Assembly (NCBI GenBank): GCA_047150005.1
Contig: AP038806.1
Span: 2,304,001-2,368,000 of the forward strand
Length of the DNA stretch: 64,000 nucleotides
From: Nitrospira sp.
GTDB lineage: Bacteria; Nitrospirota; Nitrospiria; Nitrospirales; Nitrospiraceae
Direction of reading: 5' to 3'
Part shown: piece after piece, positions 41,192-50,317 of the stretch
How the letters are laid out: every line of letters starts with the position of its first letter
How positions within the stretch are numbered: position 1 is the first letter of the stretch
Notes under the pieces: generated by a model
Database searches by the model: none
Seen by the model: the letters and a program-made list of their open reading frames with translations, nothing else
Told to the model about the DNA's origin: nothing
Made by a program: the position numbers and the translations under genes

Positions 41192-41228
41192 CAGGATTTC
41201 CATTTACAGGACGACCGAGATCGGTCGG

Positions 41229-41258
41229 TTGAGATGCATCAGGAAGGCCCGCTATAAT
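41229..41258 (+). promoter_or_regulatory. Putative sigma70 promoter of tRNA-Cys
   Basis: TTGAGA-N18-TATAAT followed by a GC-rich discriminator. Confidence 0.55.
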
Positions 41259-41266
41259 GCGCGCGT

Positions 41267-41342
41267 GGCGCCGTACCCAAGTGGCTAAGGGAGCAGTCTG
41301 CAAAACTGCGATGCAGCGGTTCGAACCCGCTCGGCGCCTCCA
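41267..41342 (+). tRNA. tRNA-Cys (GCA)
   Basis: Acceptor GGCGCCG/CGGCGCC, anticodon arm GCAGT-CTGCAAA-ACTGC, T-arm AGCGG-TTCGAAC-CCGCT, U discriminator, encoded CCA. Confidence 0.96.
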
Positions 41343-41599
41343 AACAGAGCTTGCTCGACCCGGAGCCCTAAAATTCTTCTTGGCGACGGGATAAACACCA
41401 CCGGTGATTTGGAATATCCTAAGCATCGCACTTTTGTACGGTCCGACGACTCATCATCGTCTTACCGTACCGGTGATGCGGGAGTGGCCGAAATTGACGC
41501 TTCGCCTAGTCGGATGATAAAATTCTGCGGGTTTTGGGTTGCAACCTGCACCGTGATTCACAGTTAACCACTGCATAATCGACGACAAGGAGAGCGGGA

Positions 41600-42616
41600 A
41601 TGGCCGTTCCGGTTTCCCAAATGTTGACGGTGACCAAGTATGTGCTCACGCAACGGCTCAAAGGCGTGAAGCGGTATCCCTTGGTGCTGATGTTGGAGCC
41701 GCTGTTCCGCTGCAACCTGGCCTGCGCAGGTTGCGGGAAGATTCAGTATCCTGACCACGTGCTCGATAAACGGCTTACGCCCGAGCAATGTTGGGCGGCA
41801 GCGGAAGAATGCGGGGCCCCGATCGTCAGCATTCCCGGCGGCGAACCGCTGATTCATCCTGAAATCGCCAAAGTCGTCGAGGGCCTGGTCGCCCAACAAC
41901 GGTATGTCTATCTGTGCACCAACGCGATCCTCTTGGAACGAAAGCTGGATGAGTACAAGCCAAGCAAATTCCTCACCTTCAGCGTCCATATGGACGGGCT
42001 ACGGGACGAGCATGATCTGGCGGTGTGCCGAGACGGCGTCTATGACGTGGCGGTCAAGGCGATCAAGGCGGCCCTCAAGCGCGGGCACCGCGTGACGACC
42101 AATACCACCCTCTTCGACGATGCGAATCCCGAGCGGATCAGAAAGTTCTTCGACGAGATGATGGCGTTGGGAGTCGAAGGGATGATGATTTCGCCGGGGT
42201 ACAGTTATCAGAAGGCTCCGGATCAACAACACTTCCTCAAGCGGACGAGGACGCGTGAACTGTTCACGCGTATCCTCAGCAAACCCAAGGCGGGCTGGCA
42301 GTTCAATCAATCCCCGTTGTTTCTGGATTTCCTTATGGGGCGCCGGGAATATCAGTGCACACCGTGGGGTAATCCGACCTACAATGTGTTCGGATGGCAG
42401 AAGCCCTGCTATCTTCTCCAAGAAGGCTACGCCAAGACCTTCCGTGAATTGATGGAGACGACGGCATGGGATCAGTACGGAACCTCGAAGAACGAGAAAT
42501 GCGCCGACTGCATGGTGCATTGCGGCTATGAAGCTTCCGCGGTGCAGGATACGTTTGGCACCGTATCAGGATTCAGCCGCACCGTGAAACTGACGCTCTT
42601 GCCCACCTCACGATGA
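41600..42616 (+). CDS. hpnH: Adenosylhopane synthase (radical SAM)
   Basis: YPLVLMLEPLFRCNLACAGCGKI, PGGEPL, CTPWGNPT, KCADCMVHCGYE. Confidence 0.95.
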   Translation: MAVPVSQMLTVTKYVLTQRLKGVKRYPLVLMLEPLFRCNLACAGCGKIQYPDHVLDKRLTPEQCWAAAEECGAPIVSIPGGEPLIHPEIAKVVEGLVAQQRYVYLCTNAILLERKLDEYKPSKFLTFSVHMDGLRDEHDLAVCRDGVYDVAVKAIKAALKRGHRVTTNTTLFDDANPERIRKFFDEMMALGVEGMMISPGYSYQKAPDQQHFLKRTRTRELFTRILSKPKAGWQFNQSPLFLDFLMGRREYQCTPWGNPTYNVFGWQKPCYLLQEGYAKTFRELMETTAWDQYGTSKNEKCADCMVHCGYEASAVQDTFGTVSGFSRTVKLTLLPTSR

Positions 42617-42704
42617 CACGTCGCGTAAAGCGTCGCTCGCCTTTTATCATTTACGGAAGCAATCTCCGAGATTCGGGACATGTTTCGCGAGCAACGGCCT
42701 CTCA

Positions 42705-43100
42705 ATGACCGATACGAAAAACCATAGCGATGGAGACCGATCCGGCTCGCTCGAAGGCCGCCGATTTCTCCCTGCTTCTCCGGCCGAGCTGGTCGAGGCG
42801 ATTGAATTGGCGTTCGACTATCGAGGCGACGTGACCATTGAATTAACGTCCGGCGAACGGCTGGAAGGCTATGTATTCAATCGGAACACCGGCGGTCCTG
42901 CTCCCGCTCTTGAGCTTTTCCCCACCGACGCTCCCGGCGTTCGACACATCCTTTACTCCGACATCGGTTCCATTGCCTTTACCGGCGAAGATACCGCCAC
43001 CGGGAAATCATGGGAGGCATGGGTCGCGAAGAAGGAATCCGAGCGACAAACGGAAATCGAACGGGTCGCCGCCGATGCCAAAGCCAGAGGGCATCTCTAG
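42705..43100 (+). CDS. Conserved-looking hypothetical protein, possible Sm/LSm-like fold
   Basis: AFDYRGDVTIELTSGERLEGYVFN resembles an Sm1-type pattern (inference). Confidence 0.6.
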   Translation: MTDTKNHSDGDRSGSLEGRRFLPASPAELVEAIELAFDYRGDVTIELTSGERLEGYVFNRNTGGPAPALELFPTDAPGVRHILYSDIGSIAFTGEDTATGKSWEAWVAKKESERQTEIERVAADAKARGHL

Positions 43101-43237
43101 GGAGACCATCCCACGATCGTTCCCCTGCCTGCATCCGGCGGCAGTCTCCTCCACCATCCGCCGCGCCGGCTCACATTTTCCTAGCGCAAGTAATTGGAAA
43201 GCCATTCGTCTTTTCGATTGAAATCCTTGTCTTGTCG

Positions 43238-43266
43238 TTGACAAAGCAGGGGCCCTGTGTTAAAAG
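43238..43266 (+). promoter_or_regulatory. Putative sigma70 promoter of the respiratory operon
   Basis: TTGACA-N17-TAAAAG with extended -10 TG. Confidence 0.5.
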
Positions 43267-43390
43267 GGCCACCTCAAAATTGGGTTCGCTCGGTCTCAGC
43301 AAACGTGGCGTTGCAGGTGTCCGGTGCCGCGGATCAGGCAACGAAAAGCGCGTCGGTTCCGGGCTTCCGTGATGTCACGGCGATGTGAGC

Positions 43391-43909
43391 ATGAGATCGA
43401 AACCACTCGGGTGGAGCCGTACCCTGGCAGCTGTGGTGGTGATGTCCCCTGGGGCCGTTCTGGCCACCCATGAGGCCGATCACCGGTTTACGGTTGAAGG
43501 GTTTGTCTGCGGAGCCGATGGACAGGGCAGCTCGAACGTCGACGTCATGGTCAAAGACACGAAAGTGTCGTATGGCCAGGTCGTCAAGACGGACAGCGAA
43601 GGGTACTACAAGGCGACGTTTCATCTGCATAACGACAATCTCGGCGACCCTCTGCTGATTGAAGCCAAAGGAGAGCAGCGGGACGAAAAGGTGCAGTTTG
43701 ATCCGAAGGACTTGGAAGCCGAGAGGAAGATCCAGGTCAATTTCGGCAGCGGGTGCGTCCGGGATGTGACTCGTCCTCCCGCTTGGGTTTATGCAGGATT
43801 GGGAGCCGGCGCGATCGCGCTGGGTGGGTTCGTCGGAGCGAGGCTGATCCGTTCACGAAAGAAGCAGGGGCAGAAACGGGGGAAGTCGCAAGATAAGCGG
43901 AAGAAATAA
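43391..43909 (+). CDS. Periplasmic His-containing protein with a C-terminal membrane anchor
   Basis: Signal peptide (VLA-THEADH), FHLHND, two Cys, C-terminal TM followed by a Lys/Arg tail. Confidence 0.65.
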   Translation: MRSKPLGWSRTLAAVVVMSPGAVLATHEADHRFTVEGFVCGADGQGSSNVDVMVKDTKVSYGQVVKTDSEGYYKATFHLHNDNLGDPLLIEAKGEQRDEKVQFDPKDLEAERKIQVNFGSGCVRDVTRPPAWVYAGLGAGAIALGGFVGARLIRSRKKQGQKRGKSQDKRKK

Positions 43910-44136
43910 CCGAGGCGGTTCGTGGCGCGTCCGTGCACCCCGCCGAATCGGTCGGTTGAACTGGCGGGAGATGCGCGTACGTGAGGAGATTTGTTGTCGG
44001 AGAATTTGGTTGCCATTGACGCTTTTGCGGGGGATGTAGCCTCAGTAAAAGCGTCTTTTTTTCGTCTTTGATATGGCAAATATTTCTTATTGATGTCATC
44101 GGAATTGATGCAGGAAGAAAGGAGCTCGGAACCGTC

Positions 44137-44652
44137 ATGAAGCAGATGAAAATCGGACAGGCAGGAATTCTGTTCGCCGTGGGGCTGCTGGTTGCCGCAT
44201 GCGGTGGAGAAGGCGGCGGGGAAGGACCGGTCGTGCCTCCTCCTCCGGCTCCCGCCGAGTATGCGGACAAGCACATGCCGGCCGGCTGGTGGACCGACGC
44301 CGGGAAAGTGGAAGAGGGACGGAAATTGTTTATCGGTGAGACGAATCCCGACGTGAACTGCGCAAGCTGCCACGGCAAGGACGGGAAGCCCGTCAAGGCC
44401 GGCGCCCGTGACTTCCGTAACGCCGAACGGATGAAGCTGTATTCTGATTCCGTCTGGTTCTGGCGCATCTCGGAAGGGGTGCCCAATACGAAGATGAAGG
44501 CCTGGAAGAGCAAGCTCTCCGATGAAGACCGTTGGAAGCTCGTGCTCTTCGAGCGGAGCTTCGGTCTCGCCGGCAAGACCTGGGACGCCGACAAGAAACA
44601 GTGGGCGGACTCCGGCGACATCAAGGTCGCGGCGGCGGACGCAGTCAAGTAA
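44137..44652 (+). CDS. Monoheme cytochrome c lipoprotein
   Basis: Lipobox VAAC, CASCH, FWRISEGVPNTKM; RBS AAGGAG. Confidence 0.85.
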   Translation: MKQMKIGQAGILFAVGLLVAACGGEGGGEGPVVPPPPAPAEYADKHMPAGWWTDAGKVEEGRKLFIGETNPDVNCASCHGKDGKPVKAGARDFRNAERMKLYSDSVWFWRISEGVPNTKMKAWKSKLSDEDRWKLVLFERSFGLAGKTWDADKKQWADSGDIKVAAADAVK

Positions 44653-44705
44653 GCGGACTTCGGCGGGATCGAACACTCGGGACGGTTAGGAGGGCGGCGA
44701 GCATC

Positions 44706-46409
44706 ATGAAAACATGGCAGCGAGGTCTGTTGGCCTTCTTTGCGCTTTTGGCGCTGTGCGGAGGCGTCGCCTACGCGCAGGCACCGGGTGCTCCGCCGGT
44801 GGAGTTCCCGTATACGGGGAACCGGACCGCCGTCTGGATCGTCGCGCAATTGCACATCCTGTTCGCCGCCTTCATCCTCGGCGCTCCCATCTTCGTCGTG
44901 ACGTCGGAGTGGTTGGGGTATCGCAAGCAGGACCCGCGCTACGATCGTTTGGCCAAGGAGGTCATGAAGGTCACCGTCATTCTCTACAGTATGACGGCCC
45001 TCACCGGCGGGCTGTTCATCTTCGTGCTATTGGCGACCTATCCCCAGTTCACCACCTGGCTGATCAATCACTTCTTTCTGCTGTTCGCCGTCATCTATCC
45101 GCTGCTGTTCATCGGCGAGACGATTCTTCTCTACATGTACTTCTATTCCTGGGATGCCTGGAAGGGACCGAAGAAGGCCCGGCACATCGCCCTCGGCGTG
45201 CTGCTCAACCTCATCGGCACCATCACGTTGTTCGTGATCGACGGACCGACCTCGTTCATGAACACACCGGTCAAGGCGGAAGGGGTCTCGCCGGCGGAGT
45301 TTCTGGCCACGGCAACGCTGTGGGACAAGATCTATAACTACAGCTGGATGCCGATGAATCTGCACCGGCTCGTCGGCAATGTCACGTTCGGCGGATTCAT
45401 CACCGGGCTGGTCGCGGCCTACATGTACATGGCCTCCAAAAAGGAAGAAGACCGGGCGTATTACGACTGGATGGGCTTTGTTGGGAATTTGATCGGTGTC
45501 GGCGCGCTGCTCTTCCTTCCGTTCATGGGCTATCTGTTGGCGTACGAATTGTGCGACTACGACGCCTCGATTTGTCCCTACATGATGGCGGACCAGCTGT
45601 CGATGTTTTTCGAGATGCAGGGGGCGATGGTGGGGCTGATCTTCCTCGCCAGCAATTACTACATCTGGTTGAGCATGAAGCGGATCGAAGGGGTGGAGCG
45701 GGTGAGAATGACCATCTTTGCTCCGCTCGTGATGGTGGCGCTGCCGTTTGTCATGACTTACGTCTGGACCATCTTCCCCGTGCCCGATCCCACGTCGTTG
45801 GCGATTCTGGTGCCTCTCGCCCTGCTGCCCATGGTGCTTGGGCGGTTCATCCCCATTACCGTCTCCTCCCGCACGGTGATCAAGGTGGGATTTTTGATGG
45901 TCGTGGTGGGCGACGCGATCTGGCTCACCCCGCACGGGTTCGTGCCGACCGGCGCCAAGTTGGTGGCCGACCTGGAACTTCCGTCCGATTGGAATTTTCT
46001 TGCGCTGATGCCGGCGAAGAACTCCGCGGCATTCACGCTGGTGTTCGTCACGATCGTGAATTACATCATCTATAATCGGGCGATCAACCAGGGTACGATC
46101 GTGTGGGGCAAGATCGATTTTGCATCCCAGTTCGTCCTCGTGTTCCTGGCCTTCAGCGCGATCTGGACGATGGGCCTGATGGGTGCGGTCCGCTCGCTGC
46201 TGCGGAAGTATTTCCACACGTACAATCTGCTGCCGGACTTCACGGCCGAGTCCTTCACGCCCACGTTGTCCTATTCGGCCTGGTGGATTACGGGCATTAC
46301 CGTTGCGTTTTTCGTCGTCGTCAGTTTCGCCATTCTCGTCACGCTCAGACCCTCAGAGGCCAAGGGGCACGTGTCCGAAGGCAGCCCTGCGCCTGCGGGA
46401 GCGAAGTGA
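44706..46409 (+). CDS. Cytochrome bd-like oxidase subunit I (CydA-like), copy 1
   Basis: AQLHILFAAFILGAP (CydA His19 equivalent), RYDRLAK, SFMNTP, NLHRLVGN (His186 equivalent), many TM helices. Confidence 0.8.
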   Translation: MKTWQRGLLAFFALLALCGGVAYAQAPGAPPVEFPYTGNRTAVWIVAQLHILFAAFILGAPIFVVTSEWLGYRKQDPRYDRLAKEVMKVTVILYSMTALTGGLFIFVLLATYPQFTTWLINHFFLLFAVIYPLLFIGETILLYMYFYSWDAWKGPKKARHIALGVLLNLIGTITLFVIDGPTSFMNTPVKAEGVSPAEFLATATLWDKIYNYSWMPMNLHRLVGNVTFGGFITGLVAAYMYMASKKEEDRAYYDWMGFVGNLIGVGALLFLPFMGYLLAYELCDYDASICPYMMADQLSMFFEMQGAMVGLIFLASNYYIWLSMKRIEGVERVRMTIFAPLVMVALPFVMTYVWTIFPVPDPTSLAILVPLALLPMVLGRFIPITVSSRTVIKVGFLMVVVGDAIWLTPHGFVPTGAKLVADLELPSDWNFLALMPAKNSAAFTLVFVTIVNYIIYNRAINQGTIVWGKIDFASQFVLVFLAFSAIWTMGLMGAVRSLLRKYFHTYNLLPDFTAESFTPTLSYSAWWITGITVAFFVVVSFAILVTLRPSEAKGHVSEGSPAPAGAK

Positions 46410-46448
46410 ACTGATCGAAGGATCTGCTAACGGAAAAGGATCGTTTTT

Positions 46449-47255
46449 ATGGGTAATGTGATCAAGAAACTGGTGGTCGGGTTGGTGGTGGCGGGGGCGC
46501 TGTTCGGCATTACGAACGCGTTGGACTTCCCCTCCGTGTTCCAAATGATGTTCGTGGCGTATGCGCTGCTGGGTACCGCCGTCTTCATGTTGCTCGATGC
46601 TCCGTCCCTCAAACCCCTGAGCGGTGTGAAGGCGCTGGCCGCCTTGGTGGGGTTCTATATCGTGCTCTGCGTCGTATACATCGCCGGCGCCTCGCTCTGG
46701 CCGCAATACGACCCGGAAGACGAGAAGGGGAAGATCGAAAAAATTCTGAAACCCAAACGGGCTGCGACCGAGCAAGGAAAGGCCGACGAACTGCTGGCCA
46801 GGGCCAAGGCGCTCGACGAGCAGGCCAAGGCCTTGTCGGCCCGCATCAAGGCGTTGGGCGGGGATCAGGCCACCGCCTCGCAATCCGCCGGCGGACCCGG
46901 GGCGCCTCCGGCGACGACCGGCGCGGTCGGAGGCGACGTGCTGAAAGTCGGCGAGGACCAATGGCAGCTGCAGGAGTGCTATAACTGCCACAAGTTGCGC
47001 GGCGAGGGCGGCAAGAAGCGCGGTCCCGAGCTCGACAACATCGGTAGTCTTCTGACGGTCGACGAGATCAAACAGAAGATTCTCGATCCCAAGAGCTGGA
47101 TGGCCGACGGGTTCGAGAAAGAGTTCGAAAAGGGCAAGATGCCCGACAAGTACAAGGATCTGATGGAGGAAAAGGACGTCGTGGCATTGGCGACCTGGTT
47201 AGGCACCTTCAAGAACGCCTCGGTCAATACACCGAAGCCGATCAAGAAAAAATAG
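46449..47255 (+). CDS. Membrane-anchored monoheme cytochrome c (candidate c1 analogue)
   Basis: Three N-terminal TM helices, CYNCH, RGPELDNIG, KMP. Confidence 0.8.
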   Translation: MGNVIKKLVVGLVVAGALFGITNALDFPSVFQMMFVAYALLGTAVFMLLDAPSLKPLSGVKALAALVGFYIVLCVVYIAGASLWPQYDPEDEKGKIEKILKPKRAATEQGKADELLARAKALDEQAKALSARIKALGGDQATASQSAGGPGAPPATTGAVGGDVLKVGEDQWQLQECYNCHKLRGEGGKKRGPELDNIGSLLTVDEIKQKILDPKSWMADGFEKEFEKGKMPDKYKDLMEEKDVVALATWLGTFKNASVNTPKPIKKK

Positions 47256-47256
47256 C

Positions 47257-48189
47257 ATGCAGCCCAAACTCAAGTCGAAAGTTCATTGCTCGGATCGCGA
47301 AGTCGGAGAGGTGGCGAGCGTCATCGTCGATCCGCTGTCGCGCCAAATCAGTCACATCGTCGTGTCCATGAACGGACACGGCGAACGCCAGGTGGCGATG
47401 GGCCAGGTGCAGAGCGTGACGGAGGGCGCCGTGCAGTTGAGGACCACATTCTCCGAGGTCGTGGCGTTGCCGGCGTTCAAGCGCGAGGAGTACGTCACCA
47501 GCCACGAAGTGGAAATCCCCCATCTGGAAGATAGCGTCCACGTCACTCCGGGCGAGGTGCTGGTCCCCTTCCCTGAGCTGGAGAAGAGCGTCAAGCGCCG
47601 AACCTTCTTCATGAATTTCACCCATGCGATCGGCTTTTTGATCGGGCTGCCGATCGCCTATCCCGTCTTGCGTTACCTGATGAAGCCCATGTATGCCCCC
47701 TTCGACAACGGGTGGTTGAAGATCGGAAACGTCGGCAAGATCAAGCAGGAGGACATCGGGGTCCAGTTCAAGTACAAGAAAAAGGTCAAGGAAGCCTACA
47801 TGCCGGAATCCGAGATCGAGAAAAACGTCTGGATTCTGAAGGGCACACCGGCCGTCCTCGAGAAGGTCTATCAAGGCAAGGACATGGAGTTTCGCGACGC
47901 CTTGGGCAAGACGATCTGGACCAACAAGAAAGACATTCCCTATGTCGCCTTCTCGGGCAAGTGTCCCCATCTCGGCTGCGGATACAAGTGGCGGCAGCAT
48001 AAGGTGCTCGGACAAGTCTTCTTGTGTCCCTGCCATCTGAGCATCTACGATGCCTCCGGAAAGGTCCTCGACGGACCGGCGCCCCGGCCTCTGGACGCCT
48101 TGCCCATACGCGTGTCAGCGGGAGGTGAGGTCGAAATCGTCGATATGGAATTCAAGGCCGGTACGAAATCACAAATCCGGATCATCTGA
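47257..48189 (+). CDS. qcrA: Rieske Fe-S protein of a bc complex with an N-terminal PRC-barrel-like domain
   Basis: V.CSD.EVGEV..VIVDP..RQISHIVV; internal Tat-like KRRTFF + TM; CPHLGC and CPCHLSIY..GPAPRPL. Confidence 0.87.
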   Translation: MQPKLKSKVHCSDREVGEVASVIVDPLSRQISHIVVSMNGHGERQVAMGQVQSVTEGAVQLRTTFSEVVALPAFKREEYVTSHEVEIPHLEDSVHVTPGEVLVPFPELEKSVKRRTFFMNFTHAIGFLIGLPIAYPVLRYLMKPMYAPFDNGWLKIGNVGKIKQEDIGVQFKYKKKVKEAYMPESEIEKNVWILKGTPAVLEKVYQGKDMEFRDALGKTIWTNKKDIPYVAFSGKCPHLGCGYKWRQHKVLGQVFLCPCHLSIYDASGKVLDGPAPRPLDALPIRVSAGGEVEIVDMEFKAGTKSQIRII

Positions 48190-48191
48190 CC

Positions 48192-49304
48192 ATGGCACAC
48201 TCGTCTCTACCCAGCAGCCAGCCGACCGCCATCGAAAAAGTCGTGGCCTTCATCGACGAGCGTGTCGGATTGAAGCAGATGCAGGCCAAGATGCTGAACG
48301 AGCCGGTTCCAGGCGGTTCGCGCTGGGCCTACGTGTTCGGGTCGGTCCTGCTCTTCATCTTCATCATGCAGGCGGTGACCGGCATTCTGTTGATGTTCTA
48401 TTACGTCCCGACCGCCGATCACGCGTATGCCAGCACGCAGTACATCATTCATGACGTCGATTACGGCTGGTTCCTGCTGAGCTATCACTTCTGGGGCTCG
48501 ACCGCGATGGTCGTCTGCGTCTTTGCGCACATGTCGCAGGTGTTTCTCTGGGGCGCCTATAAGAGCCCGCGCGAAATGATTTGGCTGGTCGGCTTGGCTC
48601 TCTTCGGCATCGTCATGGGATTCGGCTTCACCGGCTATCTGTTGCCCTGGGACCAGCGCGCCTATTGGGCGACGACCGTGGGCGTGGAGATCATGGACAA
48701 GACGCCGGTCCTCGGCGATTTCATGGCGCGCTTTCTCAAGGGAGGGCCGACGCCCGGACAGATGACCTTGAGCCGGTTCTTCGTCATTCACGTCATGATT
48801 CTGCCCGCCGCCTTGATGGGGCTTGCCGGGCTTCATCTCTTCCTCTTCAGGTCGGCGGGACCGGCCGGACCGTTCCGGGGCACCACGGAGGAACTCAAGG
48901 CGAAGACGGATTACTTCTTTCCCCGCCAGATCTGGAAGGACATCGTCGGGATGGCGGTCGTATTCGCCAGCATCTGTGCCTTGGCCTTCTGGGAACCGGT
49001 GGTCTTGCTTGAAGAGGCGACCCCCGACCCCGGCGATTACCACCCGGAACCGGAGTGGTACTTTCTGTTCCTGTTCCAATTGCTCAGGCTGAAGATCTTC
49101 GCAGGGGAGTTCGGGCAGTTTCTGGGTGCCATTGCTTTGCCGGGGGCCTTCATGGCCTTATTGGCCGCCTTGCCCTTCATCGACAGGGACCCGGAGCGCA
49201 ATATCTTCAAGCGTCCGATCGCCTTGATCGGCTGGATCGTCGTCATGGTGTCCATTCTGCTGTTTACGGTCTCCGCCATCATCAACCGGGAATTTCTGGA
49301 CTGA
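48192..49304 (+). CDS. qcrB: Cytochrome b of a bc complex
   Basis: Q.VTGILL, heme His in [30 protein letters not shown] Qo motif. Confidence 0.92.
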   Translation: MAHSSLPSSQPTAIEKVVAFIDERVGLKQMQAKMLNEPVPGGSRWAYVFGSVLLFIFIMQAVTGILLMFYYVPTADHAYASTQYIIHDVDYGWFLLSYHFWGSTAMVVCVFAHMSQVFLWGAYKSPREMIWLVGLALFGIVMGFGFTGYLLPWDQRAYWATTVGVEIMDKTPVLGDFMARFLKGGPTPGQMTLSRFFVIHVMILPAALMGLAGLHLFLFRSAGPAGPFRGTTEELKAKTDYFFPRQIWKDIVGMAVVFASICALAFWEPVVLLEEATPDPGDYHPEPEWYFLFLFQLLRLKIFAGEFGQFLGAIALPGAFMALLAALPFIDRDPERNIFKRPIALIGWIVVMVSILLFTVSAIINREFLD

Positions 49305-49327
49305 GCATTTCAGTCCCACGAGCGACC

Positions 49328-50317
49328 ATGGCCGACGAACGCGAATCTTTGTCTCCAACCAAAATCGGGCTCGGGGTCCTTTGGCCGGCGTTCTGGACCG
49401 CCCTTCCCTTCAAGCTGGCCTTTACGCTTGTGTTCCTGGCCATGGACCTGATGCACTTCGAAGGGCGCATCGGCCTGGCCTTCGTCATGCTTCTGGCCAG
49501 CCCTGTGACGGTCCTTGCTCTTCCGATCATTACGATGGGGCTCGATTCGCACATCGGCGAAGGTGCCGGAATCGGCTTTCTGTTCCTGCTCTCCATTCCC
49601 ATCGATATCTGGGCCCTCGGCGTCGTGGGCCGGACGTTCTTCCTTGAGCGGTTGAGGCGCGAGCCGCCCGGCAGTCTGGGCATGACGCTCTGGTGGAAGA
49701 GTGCTCTCGTTGGGGCTGTCTTCCTTCCGATTCTCTGGATCGTCGTGAGCGCCGTCACCTCGACGGGCATCGCGATCTCGCATTCCCTTATGGAACTGGA
49801 GTTGTTCAAAGCGGTGCCCGTAGCCGAACGGATCAGCATCGAATTGACCTTGTGGGGGTCGGTCGCGAGCGCGGTGCTGATCATCCTGTTGTTGATCGGC
49901 GTATCCCTCGTCGGTCGATTGATCCGGAGCATGGCCCAGGCGGCACCTTCCGTTTCGGAAAATTACCAGGGACTGATTACGAGATGGGATTTGATGCGCG
50001 TCCCGGCTGATCAGGGCTTGATGCTGACCTCCTTGACCGGCGCCGGCGCGGTCTTGTCGGTGCTGTTCTGGATGGCCTTGCCCGTCACGACCCCTCATCC
50101 TCACGAATGCTGCAAGAAGCCGGAAGTCAAGGCCGAGCCGCCCTTGAGGCCTCTCGAAAGCTTATCGAAGAACGAAAAAGTCATCGCCCAGCTCTCGGCA
50201 CAGGTCGAGGCGTTGGAAAAGCAGAAGACCGAGAAGGCCGAAGCAGAAGCGGACAAAGGCAAAGCAAAAGGCAAGGCAGGGAAGGACAAGGACGCTTCAC
50301 CTGCGAAGAAACCGTAA
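49328..50317 (+). CDS. Polytopic membrane protein of unknown function inside the respiratory operon
   Basis: About 7 hydrophobic segments; HPHECC motif; C-terminal Lys-rich coiled tail. Confidence 0.65.
   Translation: MADERESLSPTKIGLGVLWPAFWTALPFKLAFTLVFLAMDLMHFEGRIGLAFVMLLASPVTVLALPIITMGLDSHIGEGAGIGFLFLLSIPIDIWALGVVGRTFFLERLRREPPGSLGMTLWWKSALVGAVFLPILWIVVSAVTSTGIAISHSLMELELFKAVPVAERISIELTLWGSVASAVLIILLLIGVSLVGRLIRSMAQAAPSVSENYQGLITRWDLMRVPADQGLMLTSLTGAGAVLSVLFWMALPVTTPHPHECCKKPEVKAEPPLRPLESLSKNEKVIAQLSAQVEALEKQKTEKAEAEADKGKAKGKAGKDKDASPAKKP

Noticed and set aside
39776..41203. 475-aa minus-strand ORF
   Set aside because: Antisense to ispG
41343..41599. tRNA-Cys as an integration site
   Set aside because: Core hpnH follows; no integrase or duplicated tRNA 3' end seen
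44066..44110. TTGAT half-sites resembling an FNR box upstream of the cytochrome c gene
   Set aside because: No TTGAT-N4-ATCAA match
44532..44705. ORF-track N-terminal extension of bd-like copy 1 (likewise starts at 44068, 49055, 50107, 54380, 17545)
   Set aside because: These overlap upstream genes or lack an RBS; downstream ATGs with signal peptides are more plausible
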